This document shows positions 15,818 through 25,378 of a stretch of 46,860 bases of DNA, one piece after another. The notes beneath the pieces were generated by a model. It was not told the origin of the DNA, searched no databases, and was given only the letters and a program-made list of their open reading frames with translations. Location: contig JBAPWU010000062.1 of the NCBI GenBank assembly GCA_049283855.1, forward strand, positions 1 to 46,860, written 5' to 3'. The first letter of the stretch is position 1. Every line of letters begins with the position of its first letter. Position numbers and translations under genes: made by a program. Origin of the DNA: Kineosporiaceae bacterium. Its GTDB lineage: Bacteria > Actinomycetota > Actinomycetes > Actinomycetales > Kineosporiaceae.

Positions 15818-18800
15818 TCACAGGGGCTGGAGGCCCAGGGTGCCGACCAGGTCGGCCTGGTAGGCGGGCTTGGACACCCGCGCCAACTCGGCGTGGATCT
15901 GCTGCAGGTTGCGCTGCACGTGCAGCCGTTCGGCCGTGTCGACGTTGGTCTCGCCGGACTGAAACCGCTCCAGCCGCGCAGCCGCCCGCTTGTAGTGCTC
16001 CACGTCGTACTGCTGCTTGGCCGCCAACCGCTGCGCGTACCACGAGCTGGCCAGCACGCTGTCGCGGGTGAATTGCGCGCGCAGTTCGGGCGAGCGGACG
16101 GTCCAGCCCTCCTCGGAGGCTCCGGTGGCCATGAACTGCAGCAGCGACCGCAGCGGTGGCACGGCGAGCGCGATGGTGTCGTCGTCGATGAACGACTGGG
16201 CGACCCGGCGATGCGTCTCGACGATGACCTCGATGCTGTCGGCGTAGACGTCGGCGTCCTGCAGTTCGGGGGCCAGCATCTCGTCGGTGAACACCGTGTC
16301 CGGGTGCAGGAAGATGCGCGCGAAGAAGGTCGTGGCGAACCGGCGATTCATCCGGTGTCCGAGTCGTCCGGCCTCGACGGTGCGCCCGTTGCGCTCGACG
16401 TCGGGCACGGCGTCGAGGTAGCCGTTCTCCCTGAGCCACGATGCGTCCCGCTCGCGCGGTGACATACGGCTGAACAGTTCCGGCACGAGCAGGCTCACGT
16501 CGTGGTCGACCCGGACCCTGGGCCCGATGAAGCCCGCGCTGGAGATCCAGCCGTCGTACCCGGTCAACGCATAGCTGAGGAAGGAGGCGTTCAGGTCGAT
16601 GATCGAGGGCAGCATGTTGAAGGGGCCCTTGGTCAGCGCACCCTCGGAGCCGGCGCCGGTGGTGGACGGCGACTTGCCGGTCATCGAGCTGATGAACTCC
16701 ATGAAGAGCTCGGGCAGCTCCATGTAGTGCAAGGGGTTGTACGAGCACAGGGCCGGCGCGTCCGCCTCGGGCGCGTTGTTGCGCCGTCCGGCGGCCACCA
16801 CATCGACCGCCAGCGGAGCGAACTCGGCCAGCGGCCTGTGGTGCAGAAGGTGACTGGCGATGTCCGCGAGCTGGGTGGCCACGGGGTTGGCCCGGTCAGG
16901 GCGCACCTGCAGGTAGCGGGGGTTCTTGCTGGGGCGCCCGCCCACCAGGCGCGGCTCGGAGGAGCTCGCGACGTACTCCGGTGATCCCTCACCCGCGGCG
17001 AAGCGGGCCAGCAGGTCCTTCATCGGATCGGTGAACCGGCTGAACGAGACGGCGTCCTGCACCAGCGCCGTAGCCTCGGGCCGGGTGATCGGGGCGAAGT
17101 TCGACAGGAACGTGCCAGGAGTGGCGATGTCGCGCTCGGCCTGCTTGTCGTAGCCGCGGTGGATCGCGTCGTCCGGACGCTGGAACAGCAGTTGCTCGCA
17201 GTTGGCGACGTACTTCCGGGACAGGGTCTCCTGGCCGGCTGCCTCGCTCCGGGCCTGCTGCAGACCGCGGCGGTGGCTGAAGTCCGGCGGCGGCTCGTCC
17301 GCCGGCAGCACGACGCTCGCCGTGATGTCGTCCTCGGTCTGGACCTTCACGGCGGGGCTGAAGTCGGGGCGCAGCGTGAACAGCCGCCAGGAGCCGTCCT
17401 GCTGGAAGCCCATCCGGAGCATGTTGACGATGATCAGCTCACCGTCGAGCCGGACCCGGCTGCCTGGTCGTCCGTTGATGTTGCTGACCGAGAAGTGCCG
17501 GCGCCAGTCCTGACCCCACTCGGGCCGGTAGTACTTCTTCACCAGGAAGAGCAGTTCCTTGACGTGAGGCGGGATGGCGCGCAGCCGCTCGTTGTGCGCG
17601 TCGGCGAAGTCCGGGCTCGGGGTGAGCAGCTTGACCACGCTGCCGAGACTGCGCTCGGGGGAGAGGATCGGGCGGTGGTCACGGTTCCACGACGGGTCGC
17701 GGTAGCGGTCGGCGAAGTCGGTGGCGATCAGTTCGGCGACCGCCTCGATGTCGCTGTCGAAGTCCTGGATCGCGGTGTGGCCGAAGACGAACGCATCCAG
17801 GAGTGACTTGCTGATCTCGCTCTTGCCTCCGCCGGAGACCGTGGCCGGCTTGTGGCACTGGGTCGAGATCGGTGAGATCCCCAGCAGGTGCCACTGCGTC
17901 CGGTCGGCCTCGCGCGGCTTGGCGAGCACCCGGTAGCCGTTGGGTGTCATGTAGACGTGGCCGGCCCGCAGCGGGATGGTGAACTTCTCGCCGCTGCGTC
18001 CGGTCCAGGTCACACTGCGGCGTGGCAGGCTGAACGAACTGCCGGCCGGAACGAGGATGAGCTCGGCCAGCCGGGTGTCGAGCGCATGGCCCTCGGTCTG
18101 GAGCGCGAACCGGTCGGGGTTGGTCGTGACCACTTCGTTGATCGAGTACTCCGCCGGAGTGAAGGTGTCGGTGTACTCCTGGCCCAGGTTGTAGGAGGGG
18201 TAGCAGATGGCGCCGCCGGAGTGCTCCTCCTCGGCGAGACCGAACAGATTCGCGGCGTAGCTGATCTGTGTCTTCACCTCCTTCTTGCAGTAGCCGAAGT
18301 AGTTGTCCGCGATGACCGTGACGACGACGCCGCGGGCGTCGCGCGCACAGACCTTGAACGCCTGGCCGCGGTTGTAGCGCTCGTCGGGCGTCGCCCAGCA
18401 CATGCCGTCCCGCTTCTGGCGGTCGGTGGCCTGATCGAGGTGTGGCAGGCCCAGCTCCTGCTTGGTCAGCGTGGTCAGGTGCGGCGCCAGGATGACGCAG
18501 CCGGTGTGCCCGGTCCAGGTGACCGGGGTCAGCGAGGCATCGTTCTCCGGCAGGTAGGGGTCGCCCCCATTGCCGAAGATCCCCTCGACGAAGTCCAGGT
18601 TGGCCACCAGGCCGCCGGGCACGATGAAACGCGTCTCCATCGAGCGGGCCACGGGCACCTTCGCGGTGGCGGGCACGACCAGGGGGCGCAGCAGGAGCGA
18701 GACCCAGGTGCGGGCCGGCTCGGGGGAGGTCGCCGTCCAGGGCAGCACCAGATCGTCGGCCGCCGGCTGCAGCGCCGACGCGAGCAGGCGGGCGAAGACG

Positions 18801-19246
18801 TCCTTCGGCACCGCGACCTTGTCGTCCTGGATCGGCAGTCCGCCCTCGGCGATGTGGAACACCCCGGCGGTCGTGCGCCGGTCGTTGGCCGGGTTGTGCA
18901 GGACGCCATTGGCGAGCCGGTAGCTGGAGATCAGGCGCGAGGTGAACGCGTCGGAGTCGCGGGGCAGCGAGAGTTCCCGGGCGAGTCCCGGCTCGTCGAG
19001 CACCAGGGTGCGCCGTGGCAGTTGCGGCTGCACGGGGCTGTCCGCGAGGAAGGAGTCGAGGAACGCCTGGATGCGCCGGTCCGCCGCACACGGGCGGTCG
19101 GCAAGGCGTCGGCTCAGCTCGCGGTTGCGGGCCAGGACGGGGGAGACCAGACGGAACGGCTCCTCGGCGGCGGCGCCCGGGGGAAGTGGCAGCCCCGACA
19201 TGGCCAACCGCAGCATGATCGCGCTGGACCCGTGGACGTCAGACAT
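15818..19246 (-). CDS. 1142-aa protein, tentatively PPi-dependent phosphoenolpyruvate carboxykinase (EC 4.1.1.38)-like
   Basis: Uninterrupted high-GC3 ORF of about 126 kDa, the size class of PPi-PEPCK known from Propionibacterium, Actinomyces and Entamoeba. P-loop-like SGGGKSE and a conserved-looking block ADNYFGYCKKEVKTQISYAANLFG. The CDS is certain; the product call comes from memory of the family. Confidence 0.5.
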   Translation of the reverse strand: MSDVHGSSAIMLRLAMSGLPLPPGAAAEEPFRLVSPVLARNRELSRRLADRPCAADRRIQAFLDSFLADSPVQPQLPRRTLVLDEPGLARELSLPRDSDAFTSRLISSYRLANGVLHNPANDRRTTAGVFHIAEGGLPIQDDKVAVPKDVFARLLASALQPAADDLVLPWTATSPEPARTWVSLLLRPLVVPATAKVPVARSMETRFIVPGGLVANLDFVEGIFGNGGDPYLPENDASLTPVTWTGHTGCVILAPHLTTLTKQELGLPHLDQATDRQKRDGMCWATPDERYNRGQAFKVCARDARGVVVTVIADNYFGYCKKEVKTQISYAANLFGLAEEEHSGGAICYPSYNLGQEYTDTFTPAEYSINEVVTTNPDRFALQTEGHALDTRLAELILVPAGSSFSLPRRSVTWTGRSGEKFTIPLRAGHVYMTPNGYRVLAKPREADRTQWHLLGISPISTQCHKPATVSGGGKSEISKSLLDAFVFGHTAIQDFDSDIEAVAELIATDFADRYRDPSWNRDHRPILSPERSLGSVVKLLTPSPDFADAHNERLRAIPPHVKELLFLVKKYYRPEWGQDWRRHFSVSNINGRPGSRVRLDGELIIVNMLRMGFQQDGSWRLFTLRPDFSPAVKVQTEDDITASVVLPADEPPPDFSHRRGLQQARSEAAGQETLSRKYVANCEQLLFQRPDDAIHRGYDKQAERDIATPGTFLSNFAPITRPEATALVQDAVSFSRFTDPMKDLLARFAAGEGSPEYVASSSEPRLVGGRPSKNPRYLQVRPDRANPVATQLADIASHLLHHRPLAEFAPLAVDVVAAGRRNNAPEADAPALCSYNPLHYMELPELFMEFISSMTGKSPSTTGAGSEGALTKGPFNMLPSIIDLNASFLSYALTGYDGWISSAGFIGPRVRVDHDVSLLVPELFSRMSPRERDASWLRENGYLDAVPDVERNGRTVEAGRLGHRMNRRFATTFFARIFLHPDTVFTDEMLAPELQDADVYADSIEVIVETHRRVAQSFIDDDTIALAVPPLRSLLQFMATGASEEGWTVRSPELRAQFTRDSVLASSWYAQRLAAKQQYDVEHYKRAAARLERFQSGETNVDTAERLHVQRNLQQIHAELARVSKPAYQADLVGTLGLQPL

Positions 19247-19559
19247 GGGACACCCCTACATCAGTGCTCCGGCGCTCGCCCGTGGTCGGAGGAGGCCTCA
19301 GATGGAATGACTCGGGAGGGAGTCGGCGTCATTGCCCGGAGGTCCGGGCGGGCCGGCCGTCTCCGTTGCCGGCGGGGAGCCCCCTGCCCCTGGCCAGCCG
19401 TCTGAGAAGCTACCAGGTGTCCTTCGGCGCCGGGGCCAACGGTCCCGCAACAGCAGGTGTCCTGTGTGGGACCCTGCGGATGCGCCTCAGGCGGGCTCGG
19501 CGACCATGTCCACGTCCACCGAATCGAGCGGGATCCTCTCGTACAGCGGTGGCTCCTGG

Positions 19560-20072
19560 TCAGGGTTGAGAGCTGTCGGCCGTAGATCTACTCCGTGACC
19601 GAGTAGTCGAGGGGTGTCGCGGGCCCCGTGGGTACTCCCGAAGCCCGACCGCGCCTTCCCGCGGGCGACGTGCCCGCCGTGTCCACCACGGTGGCGTCGG
19701 GGGTGGGGGTAGGGGTCCGCGTGGGGGTGCTTGGAGGGCTTGCAGGAGTAGCTGGGTGGTGCGCGTCCACGCGTCGGGGGCGGCATCTCCGGTGGCGTTG
19801 ATGACGCCGGCGTTGGCCATCAGGACGAGCGGGAGGTCCTCGGTGCTGAAGTCCTTGCTCAGTCGTCCAGCCTTCTTCGCGTGTTTGACGAGCAGTGTGA
19901 AGCGTAGGACGACGCGGTCGCGGATCTCCTGGAACTGGGGCGACATCGGGAAGGTCATGGTCAGGACGTCGGTGAAGCCGTGATCGTCGGCCTGCATCTG
20001 GCACAGCCGCTCGACATACCAGGAGAACCCGTCGCACTGACCGGGCAGGTCGAGCGTCCCGGGGGAATCCGG
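19560..20072 (-). pseudogene. possible remnant of a TetR-family regulator (C-terminal ligand domain only)
   Basis: …HGFTDVLTMTF...FQEIRDRVVLRFTLLVKHAKKAGRLSKDFSTEDLPLVLMANAGVI...PDAWTRTTQLLLQAL resembles a TetR C-terminal domain. There is no HTH upstream (stop at about 20073) and the tail is Pro/Arg-rich read-through. Confidence 0.3.
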
Positions 20073-20159
20073 CGAGGGTGCCGGCCCCGGTCACAAGGCG
20101 GGCACGGCCGAGAACGGGGTGGGCACCTGCGGGGCGGGACGGTCTGGATCTGATGAGAT

Positions 20160-20408
20160 GTGGCCGTGACCGATCCCTGGGACGAGGAGTTCGACCCGTC
20201 GGCGAGCGCCCGCAGCACGCTGCGCTGGGCACTCGCAATGGGCGCCGAGACCCTCGGCGATGCCTACGACATGCTCGACCTGTTGGAGTTCAGCAACGAC
20301 GTGCCCGAGGTCCTGGGGCACGACGACACGGTCGATGACATGCGCCGGGAGCTCGGGTTCGGCATCGAGCTGGTCGGGCCCGATACGCCCCTGACGACCC
20401 TCTCGTAG
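20160..20408 (+). CDS. small acidic hypothetical protein
   Basis: 82-aa ORF with consistently G/C third positions and a non-repetitive acidic sequence. GTG start, no clear RBS. Confidence 0.45.
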   Translation: MAVTDPWDEEFDPSASARSTLRWALAMGAETLGDAYDMLDLLEFSNDVPEVLGHDDTVDDMRRELGFGIELVGPDTPLTTLS

Positions 20409-20510
20409 GCGCGCCCACCACCCTGAGCCCCCTGCCCAGGAACCGATGATGACCAGCGGGCGTCCCACCGGGCTGCGCCGAACACTGATCCCTCCGATCA
20501 GTTCGCGCCG

Positions 20511-21173
20511 TCAGTCGAGGTGGGGGTCGGGATGCGGCACTGGGCCACTGCCGGCACCCGATGCGCGGACCAGCATGCGCTCGCCGGGGCGGCCGAAGAT
20601 GCTCAGCACCTCTGCTGGGCCATCGCCGGTGCTGCCGAACCAGTGCGGCACCTGGGTATCGAACTCGGCTGCCTCACCGACACCCAGAACCAGGTCCTGG
20701 GCGCCGAGGATGAGCCGGATCCGGCCAGACAGCACGTACAGCCACTCGAACCCGTCGTGCGCGCGGGGGGCCGGCGTCGACTGCGACGCCGGGACGACGA
20801 TCTTCCATGCCTGAACACCGCCGGGGCGGGTCAGCGGCAGCACCGTCCGGCCGTTGATGTGGCGCGGCGTGAGCCGGATGCGCGGGTCCCCCACCAAGGG
20901 CGCTCCGACCAGGTCGTCGGTCGGCACCTGGTACAGCTGCGCCAGCGGCAGGAGAAGCTCCAGGCTGGGCCGGCGCTGTCCGTTCTCCAGCCTCGAGAGG
21001 GTGCTCTTCGAGATACCGGTCTGCTCGGCGGCCTCGGTCAACGTCAGACCGCGTTGCTCGCGCACGCGCCGGAGCCGCGGGCCGACCTTGTCGAGGGCCG
21101 CACGGATGGATGTATCGCCGTCCGACGCCTCTCTCGCTCCCCCAGCCGAAACCCCACCCGGGCGCCGTGTCAC
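20511..21173 (-). CDS. XRE-family HTH regulator with C-terminal cupin domain
   Basis: LRRVREQRGLTLTEAAEQTGISKSTLSRLENGQRRPSLELLLPLAQLY, then a cupin-like segment (GFEWLYVLSGRIRLILG...EFDTQVPHWF). Confidence 0.85.
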   Translation of the reverse strand: MTRRPGGVSAGGAREASDGDTSIRAALDKVGPRLRRVREQRGLTLTEAAEQTGISKSTLSRLENGQRRPSLELLLPLAQLYQVPTDDLVGAPLVGDPRIRLTPRHINGRTVLPLTRPGGVQAWKIVVPASQSTPAPRAHDGFEWLYVLSGRIRLILGAQDLVLGVGEAAEFDTQVPHWFGSTGDGPAEVLSIFGRPGERMLVRASGAGSGPVPHPDPHLD

Positions 21174-21249
21174 GCAGCCATTGGAGCGCGTTTCCCAGAA
21201 TCAGCAACAGATGTTGTCCTGCCCCCGGGAGGCGGCGACCCTTCTCGGT

Positions 21250-22215
21250 ATGAGCGACTATGACGTAGTGATCATCGGCGGCGGCGCCGCCGGCCTGTCC
21301 GCTGCCTTGGTCCTGGCCCGCGCTCGGCGGCGGGTCGCTGTGGTTGACGCAGGGCAGCCACGCAACGCGGCTGCAGCCCACATGCAGGGCTTCCTCGGCT
21401 CCGACGGCCTGCCGCCGACGACGCTGCTCACCACCGGCCGGCAGGAGATCGCACGGTATGGCGGCCACCTGATCCCCGGCACGATCACCGACATCCGGCC
21501 ACCTGCCGTCGACGGCGACGGCGACGGCGCAGGGAGCCGTCGGCGCTTCGCGTTGGCCCTCGAGGACGGCCGGTCCCTACGTGCCCGCCGCGTCCTGGTC
21601 ACCACGGGCCTGCGCGACGACGTCCCCGACATCCCCGGAGTTCGTGAACGCTGGGGCCGCGACCTGCTCCACTGCCCCTACTGCCACGGTTACGAGGTCC
21701 GCGACCAGCCGCTCGGCGTGCTCGGCGGCACTCCGGAGGCGGTCGTGCACGCCCAGCTGATCCGCCAGTGGTCCGACGACATCGTGTTCTTCACCAATGG
21801 CTCCACGCTCGATCCTGACCAGCGCGAGCACCTCGTCGCCCGCGCCATCGGCATCATCGATGCCCCCGTCGTCCGCCTCGTGGTCGACGATGACCGCCTG
21901 ACCGGCGTAGAACTCGAGTCAGGCCAGATCGTCCCCCGAACGGCAGTGTTCGTGCGGCCCCGCCTCGTGCCCCACGACTCCCTGCTGACCGGGCTCGGCT
22001 GCGCCACCCACGACAACGGCTGGGTCGTCACCGACGCCACTGGAGGCACCAGCGTCACTGGCGTGTGGGCGGCAGGTAACGCCATCAACCCTCGCGCCCA
22101 GGTCATCACTGCCGCCGGCGAAGGTTCGGCTGCTGCCATCGCCATCAACAACGACCTCGTCGAGGAAGACGTCGCGGACGCGGTCACCAACTCCCGCCCA
22201 GGCGCACCTCACTGA
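21250..22215 (+). CDS. NAD(P)/FAD-dependent oxidoreductase, thioredoxin-reductase-like
   Basis: MSDYDVVIIGGGAAGLSAAL (dinucleotide fold), HCPYCHGYE redox-type CxxC, second GG motif VLGG. Start at the internal ATG 21250; the longer ORF overlaps the XRE gene antisense. Confidence 0.85.
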   Translation: MSDYDVVIIGGGAAGLSAALVLARARRRVAVVDAGQPRNAAAAHMQGFLGSDGLPPTTLLTTGRQEIARYGGHLIPGTITDIRPPAVDGDGDGAGSRRRFALALEDGRSLRARRVLVTTGLRDDVPDIPGVRERWGRDLLHCPYCHGYEVRDQPLGVLGGTPEAVVHAQLIRQWSDDIVFFTNGSTLDPDQREHLVARAIGIIDAPVVRLVVDDDRLTGVELESGQIVPRTAVFVRPRLVPHDSLLTGLGCATHDNGWVVTDATGGTSVTGVWAAGNAINPRAQVITAAGEGSAAAIAINNDLVEEDVADAVTNSRPGAPH

Positions 22216-22275
22216 GACGACCGACCCTCGCTCGCCCGTTACTTCACGTCAACCACCACATTCAGGAGCGTCACC

Positions 22276-22578
22276 ATGACCAACGCACAGTCCATCGGAG
22301 ATCCCGGCCCCCGTTCAGACACGCACGCCGCCCTGCACGCCACTGGCCGGCGACCCGTCGGCCCGCCGAGCAAGCACCAGCTGGCCCTGATGATCTGGAT
22401 CGCGGTGTTCCCGACTCTCACGGTCCTCAACCTGGCCATCGGGCCCTGGCTCGCAGAACTCGGCCCTGTCCTTCGGACCTTCGTCCTCGCGACGATCGCC
22501 GTCCCGATCGTCATCTACGGCCTCATGCCACGGCTGCAGTACCTCCGGGCGCGGATCCTCATCCGACGTGCCGCCTGA
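22276..22578 (+). CDS. small two-TM membrane protein
   Basis: PSKHQLALMIWIAVFPTLTVLNL...LRTFVLATIAVPIVIYGLMP. This pattern recurs as a C-terminal module of some monooxygenase-like proteins. Confidence 0.6.
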   Translation: MTNAQSIGDPGPRSDTHAALHATGRRPVGPPSKHQLALMIWIAVFPTLTVLNLAIGPWLAELGPVLRTFVLATIAVPIVIYGLMPRLQYLRARILIRRAA

Positions 22579-22708
22579 TCTGGACGTCTTCCCGGATCAA
22601 GAACGTGAACGAGGCCGCGCGATCCTCCAGATCGACCGCCAGGTGGCGAGCCACCTGGGTGACCAACGCCCCGACGGGATGAGCGGCGACAGCCAGGATG
22701 TGGACCCC

Positions 22709-25141
22709 TCAGTGGTCCAGGGGCAAGTCCCGGGGGCCGGAGCCCCATCTCGCGTTCGGTGAGCTGCCAAGGCTCAGGTCGAGCCGCCCACCGCGCTGGA
22801 TGAACGTCTCCGGCAACCAGCTTCGCTGCAGCGCTTTGCCGTCGAGCTTGGCGGACTGGATATAGGTCCGGGTCGAGTTCGTGGTGACAGTGATCCGCTG
22901 GCCGCTGCTGCGGACCAGCTCGATCCGGCGGAAGACCGGGCTGCCGACCAGGAGCTCTGCCCGGCCAGGGGTCTGCGGGAACAGTCCCATCGCGCCGAAG
23001 ACATACCACGCGCTCATGGTGCCGAGGTCGTCGTTGCCGGGCAGGCCGGCCAACCCGTTGCCATACGCCGTGTCGACCACGAGGCGCACGGTGGCCTGGG
23101 TCTTCCAGGGTTGGCCGAGGCCGTTGTAGAGCCAGGGCGCGTGGATGGTCGGCTCGTTCGTCGGGTCGTAGCGCAGCGGGTCGCCGCCGCGCAGGACCCA
23201 GTTGCCAGCCCCGTCGTGGAAGAAGGCGTCGAGCCGGGCAGCGGCGGCGGCGCGTCCGCCCATCGCCGTGGCCAGGCCCGAGACGCTCTGCGGGACCATC
23301 CAGGTGTACTGCGCCGCCGTGCCCTGGGCGAAGCCGGTCTCGGTGTCGGGGCTGAACCCGGCCGGCCAGCTGCCGTCGGCGAGCCGGGCCGCCTGGTAGC
23401 CGACCGCCGGGTTGTAGGTGTTGCGCCACCAAGCGGCTCGCGGGGTGAGCACGCGCTGGACGTCGCGCCGGCCCAACCGTCCCGCCCACTGCGCAAGGGA
23501 GTAGTCGGCGAGAGCGTTCTCAAGGGTCTCGGCAGCCCCGCCCCAGCAGTGGCAGGCGTCCTGCGGGGCGTAGTGCAGACGGAGGTAGACGTCCAGCGCG
23601 GGGCGCTGGCCGAGGCACTGGCCGGGACACCCGATGTCGGACTCCGCGTTGCGGTTCTGCACCGTGGCCTGACGGGCGAGCGAGTCGAACGCCGCCTTGG
23701 CGTCGAACCCTCGCGCGCCCATCGCGTACCAGGTGGCCAGGGTGGCTGCGGCCGGGTCACCGGTCATCACGTGGGTTGGCGCCCCCAGCTCCAGCCAGCG
23801 GTCCCACACGCCGCCGTTCTGCCGGGCGAAGTCGAGCATCGACTGCGCCATGTCGCCAGCGACGTCCGGGCGCAGCAGCGCGAGCAACTGGATCTGCGCG
23901 CGGTACTGGTCCCAACCGGAGAACGTGCCGTAGACGCCCTTCTGGGTTCGGGCGCGCGAGTGCACCCTCAGGTCGGCGCCGAGGTAACGCCCGTCGACGT
24001 CGTCCATCCGCTGCGGCTGCATCAGCGCGTGGTACAGCGCGGTGTAGAAGGCCTGGGTGTGGGCGCTGGTGCCGCCGCCGACCCGGATCCGTCCCAGTTC
24101 GGTGTTCCACGCGGCGCGGGTGGCGCGGGCAACGGACGTGACCGTGGCGGCCTTGGGCAGTTCGGCGTCCCGGTTGGCCTGAGCGCCCGCGATGTTCACG
24201 TAGGAGATGCCGATCCGCATCCGCACGTCACCGCTGGTCCGGGTGTCGAAGCCGACCCAGCCGCCGGACCCGCGTCCCTGCCGAGAAGCACCGGTCAGGT
24301 AGCCCTCGCCACCGCTGACGGCCATGCCGCCGGGCGTCACGGTGCCGTCCTTCCACGTCCCGGTGCGGGCGAAGGGCCGGTCGAAGACCGCGCTGTAGTA
24401 CAGCCGGTAGTACGAGCGCCGGTCCGGGTTGGTGTCGCCGCCGCCGTTGGGTCGTCGTCCGCAGAAGCCGCCGGTGAGCACCCAGCCGTTGACGGTGCGC
24501 TTCGCCGGGTCGATCGCGGTGGCGGCGTCCTCGCTGCCATTCAGCGAGTTCGACGTGCGGAACAGCAGGTTCGCCAGCGAGCCCTGAGGGAAGGTGAGCT
24601 GGGCGAGGCCGGCGCGGGTGGTCACCGCGAGGTCGGTGCGGACGCCGGAGTCCAGGGTCACCGAGTACCGCCCCGGGCTCGCTGCTTCACGCGCGTGGGA
24701 GAAGCTCGCGGCGTACGTCCCGTCGCTGACGTCCGCAGACGGCGAGGAGTCCACCGCACCGACGAAGGGCAGTATCGGGACGTCGCCCGCCGCGCCCGGC
24801 GCACACCCGGAACCGTTGACATGGGTGAGGCTGAGGCCGCGCAGCCGGGTGGTGTTCCAGTCGTAGCCGTTCGGCACCGGTGTGTCGGTCTGGTCGCCGT
24901 TGGTCGCCGTCGGGCTCCAAGCGATCATCCCGAAGGGCGCCGTGGCGCCGGGCCAGGTGTTGCCCCCGCCCGAGGTACCGATGAACGGGTTCACGAAGGC
25001 GGCGGGATCGCCGATCAGTGGTACCGCCACTGTGGCTGCTTTCGAGGGCGCGGCCACAGCCGGGCCCATCCCTCCCATCAGGCTCAGGGCAGTGGTGATG
25101 GCGACACCGGCCCCCAGCGTCTGTATCCGCTTCGTCAACAT
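22709..25141 (-). CDS. secreted GH92-family alpha-mannosidase
   Basis: Signal peptide MLTKRIQTLGAGVAITTALSLMGGMGPAVAAPS, then VNPFIGTSGGGNTWPGATAPFGMIAWSP (GH92 N-terminal signature). About 810 aa. Start at the internal ATG 25141. Confidence 0.85.
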   Translation of the reverse strand: MLTKRIQTLGAGVAITTALSLMGGMGPAVAAPSKAATVAVPLIGDPAAFVNPFIGTSGGGNTWPGATAPFGMIAWSPTATNGDQTDTPVPNGYDWNTTRLRGLSLTHVNGSGCAPGAAGDVPILPFVGAVDSSPSADVSDGTYAASFSHAREAASPGRYSVTLDSGVRTDLAVTTRAGLAQLTFPQGSLANLLFRTSNSLNGSEDAATAIDPAKRTVNGWVLTGGFCGRRPNGGGDTNPDRRSYYRLYYSAVFDRPFARTGTWKDGTVTPGGMAVSGGEGYLTGASRQGRGSGGWVGFDTRTSGDVRMRIGISYVNIAGAQANRDAELPKAATVTSVARATRAAWNTELGRIRVGGGTSAHTQAFYTALYHALMQPQRMDDVDGRYLGADLRVHSRARTQKGVYGTFSGWDQYRAQIQLLALLRPDVAGDMAQSMLDFARQNGGVWDRWLELGAPTHVMTGDPAAATLATWYAMGARGFDAKAAFDSLARQATVQNRNAESDIGCPGQCLGQRPALDVYLRLHYAPQDACHCWGGAAETLENALADYSLAQWAGRLGRRDVQRVLTPRAAWWRNTYNPAVGYQAARLADGSWPAGFSPDTETGFAQGTAAQYTWMVPQSVSGLATAMGGRAAAAARLDAFFHDGAGNWVLRGGDPLRYDPTNEPTIHAPWLYNGLGQPWKTQATVRLVVDTAYGNGLAGLPGNDDLGTMSAWYVFGAMGLFPQTPGRAELLVGSPVFRRIELVRSSGQRITVTTNSTRTYIQSAKLDGKALQRSWLPETFIQRGGRLDLSLGSSPNARWGSGPRDLPLDH

Positions 25142-25378
25142 GCCGCCCAACGATAGGACCCTCTGGTGCCCAGCATTGCGAACTCCGGCGAGATCGCCCG
25201 AACATGGCGCGAAGACGCGGAACGATGCCCACCCTTCAGCTCCATCCTGGCGTTGTCCGTGGAACTCCGACGTGGCTGACCATTGATCCACGCGCTTCCT
25301 GGGATGCCCGAATGCGCCTGCTGGTGGCCGATGATGGCTGCGCTCTGCTGGGGGGCGCTCACGGTCGATACGACGTCT

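Noticed and set aside
15771-19405. Long alternative ORFs 15771-16748(-), 17679-19091(-), 17888-19405(+) and 15806-16462(+) inside the 1142-aa gene
   Set aside because: They are off-frame or antisense with Arg/Pro/Gly-dominated composition. The 1142-aa frame has balanced composition and strong G/C third-position bias.
23111-25156. 681-aa plus-strand ORF opposite the GH92 gene, with 22515-23489 and 23014-23760 on the minus strand
   Set aside because: These are shadow ORFs with low-complexity translations. The GH92 frame has the signal peptide and the family signature.
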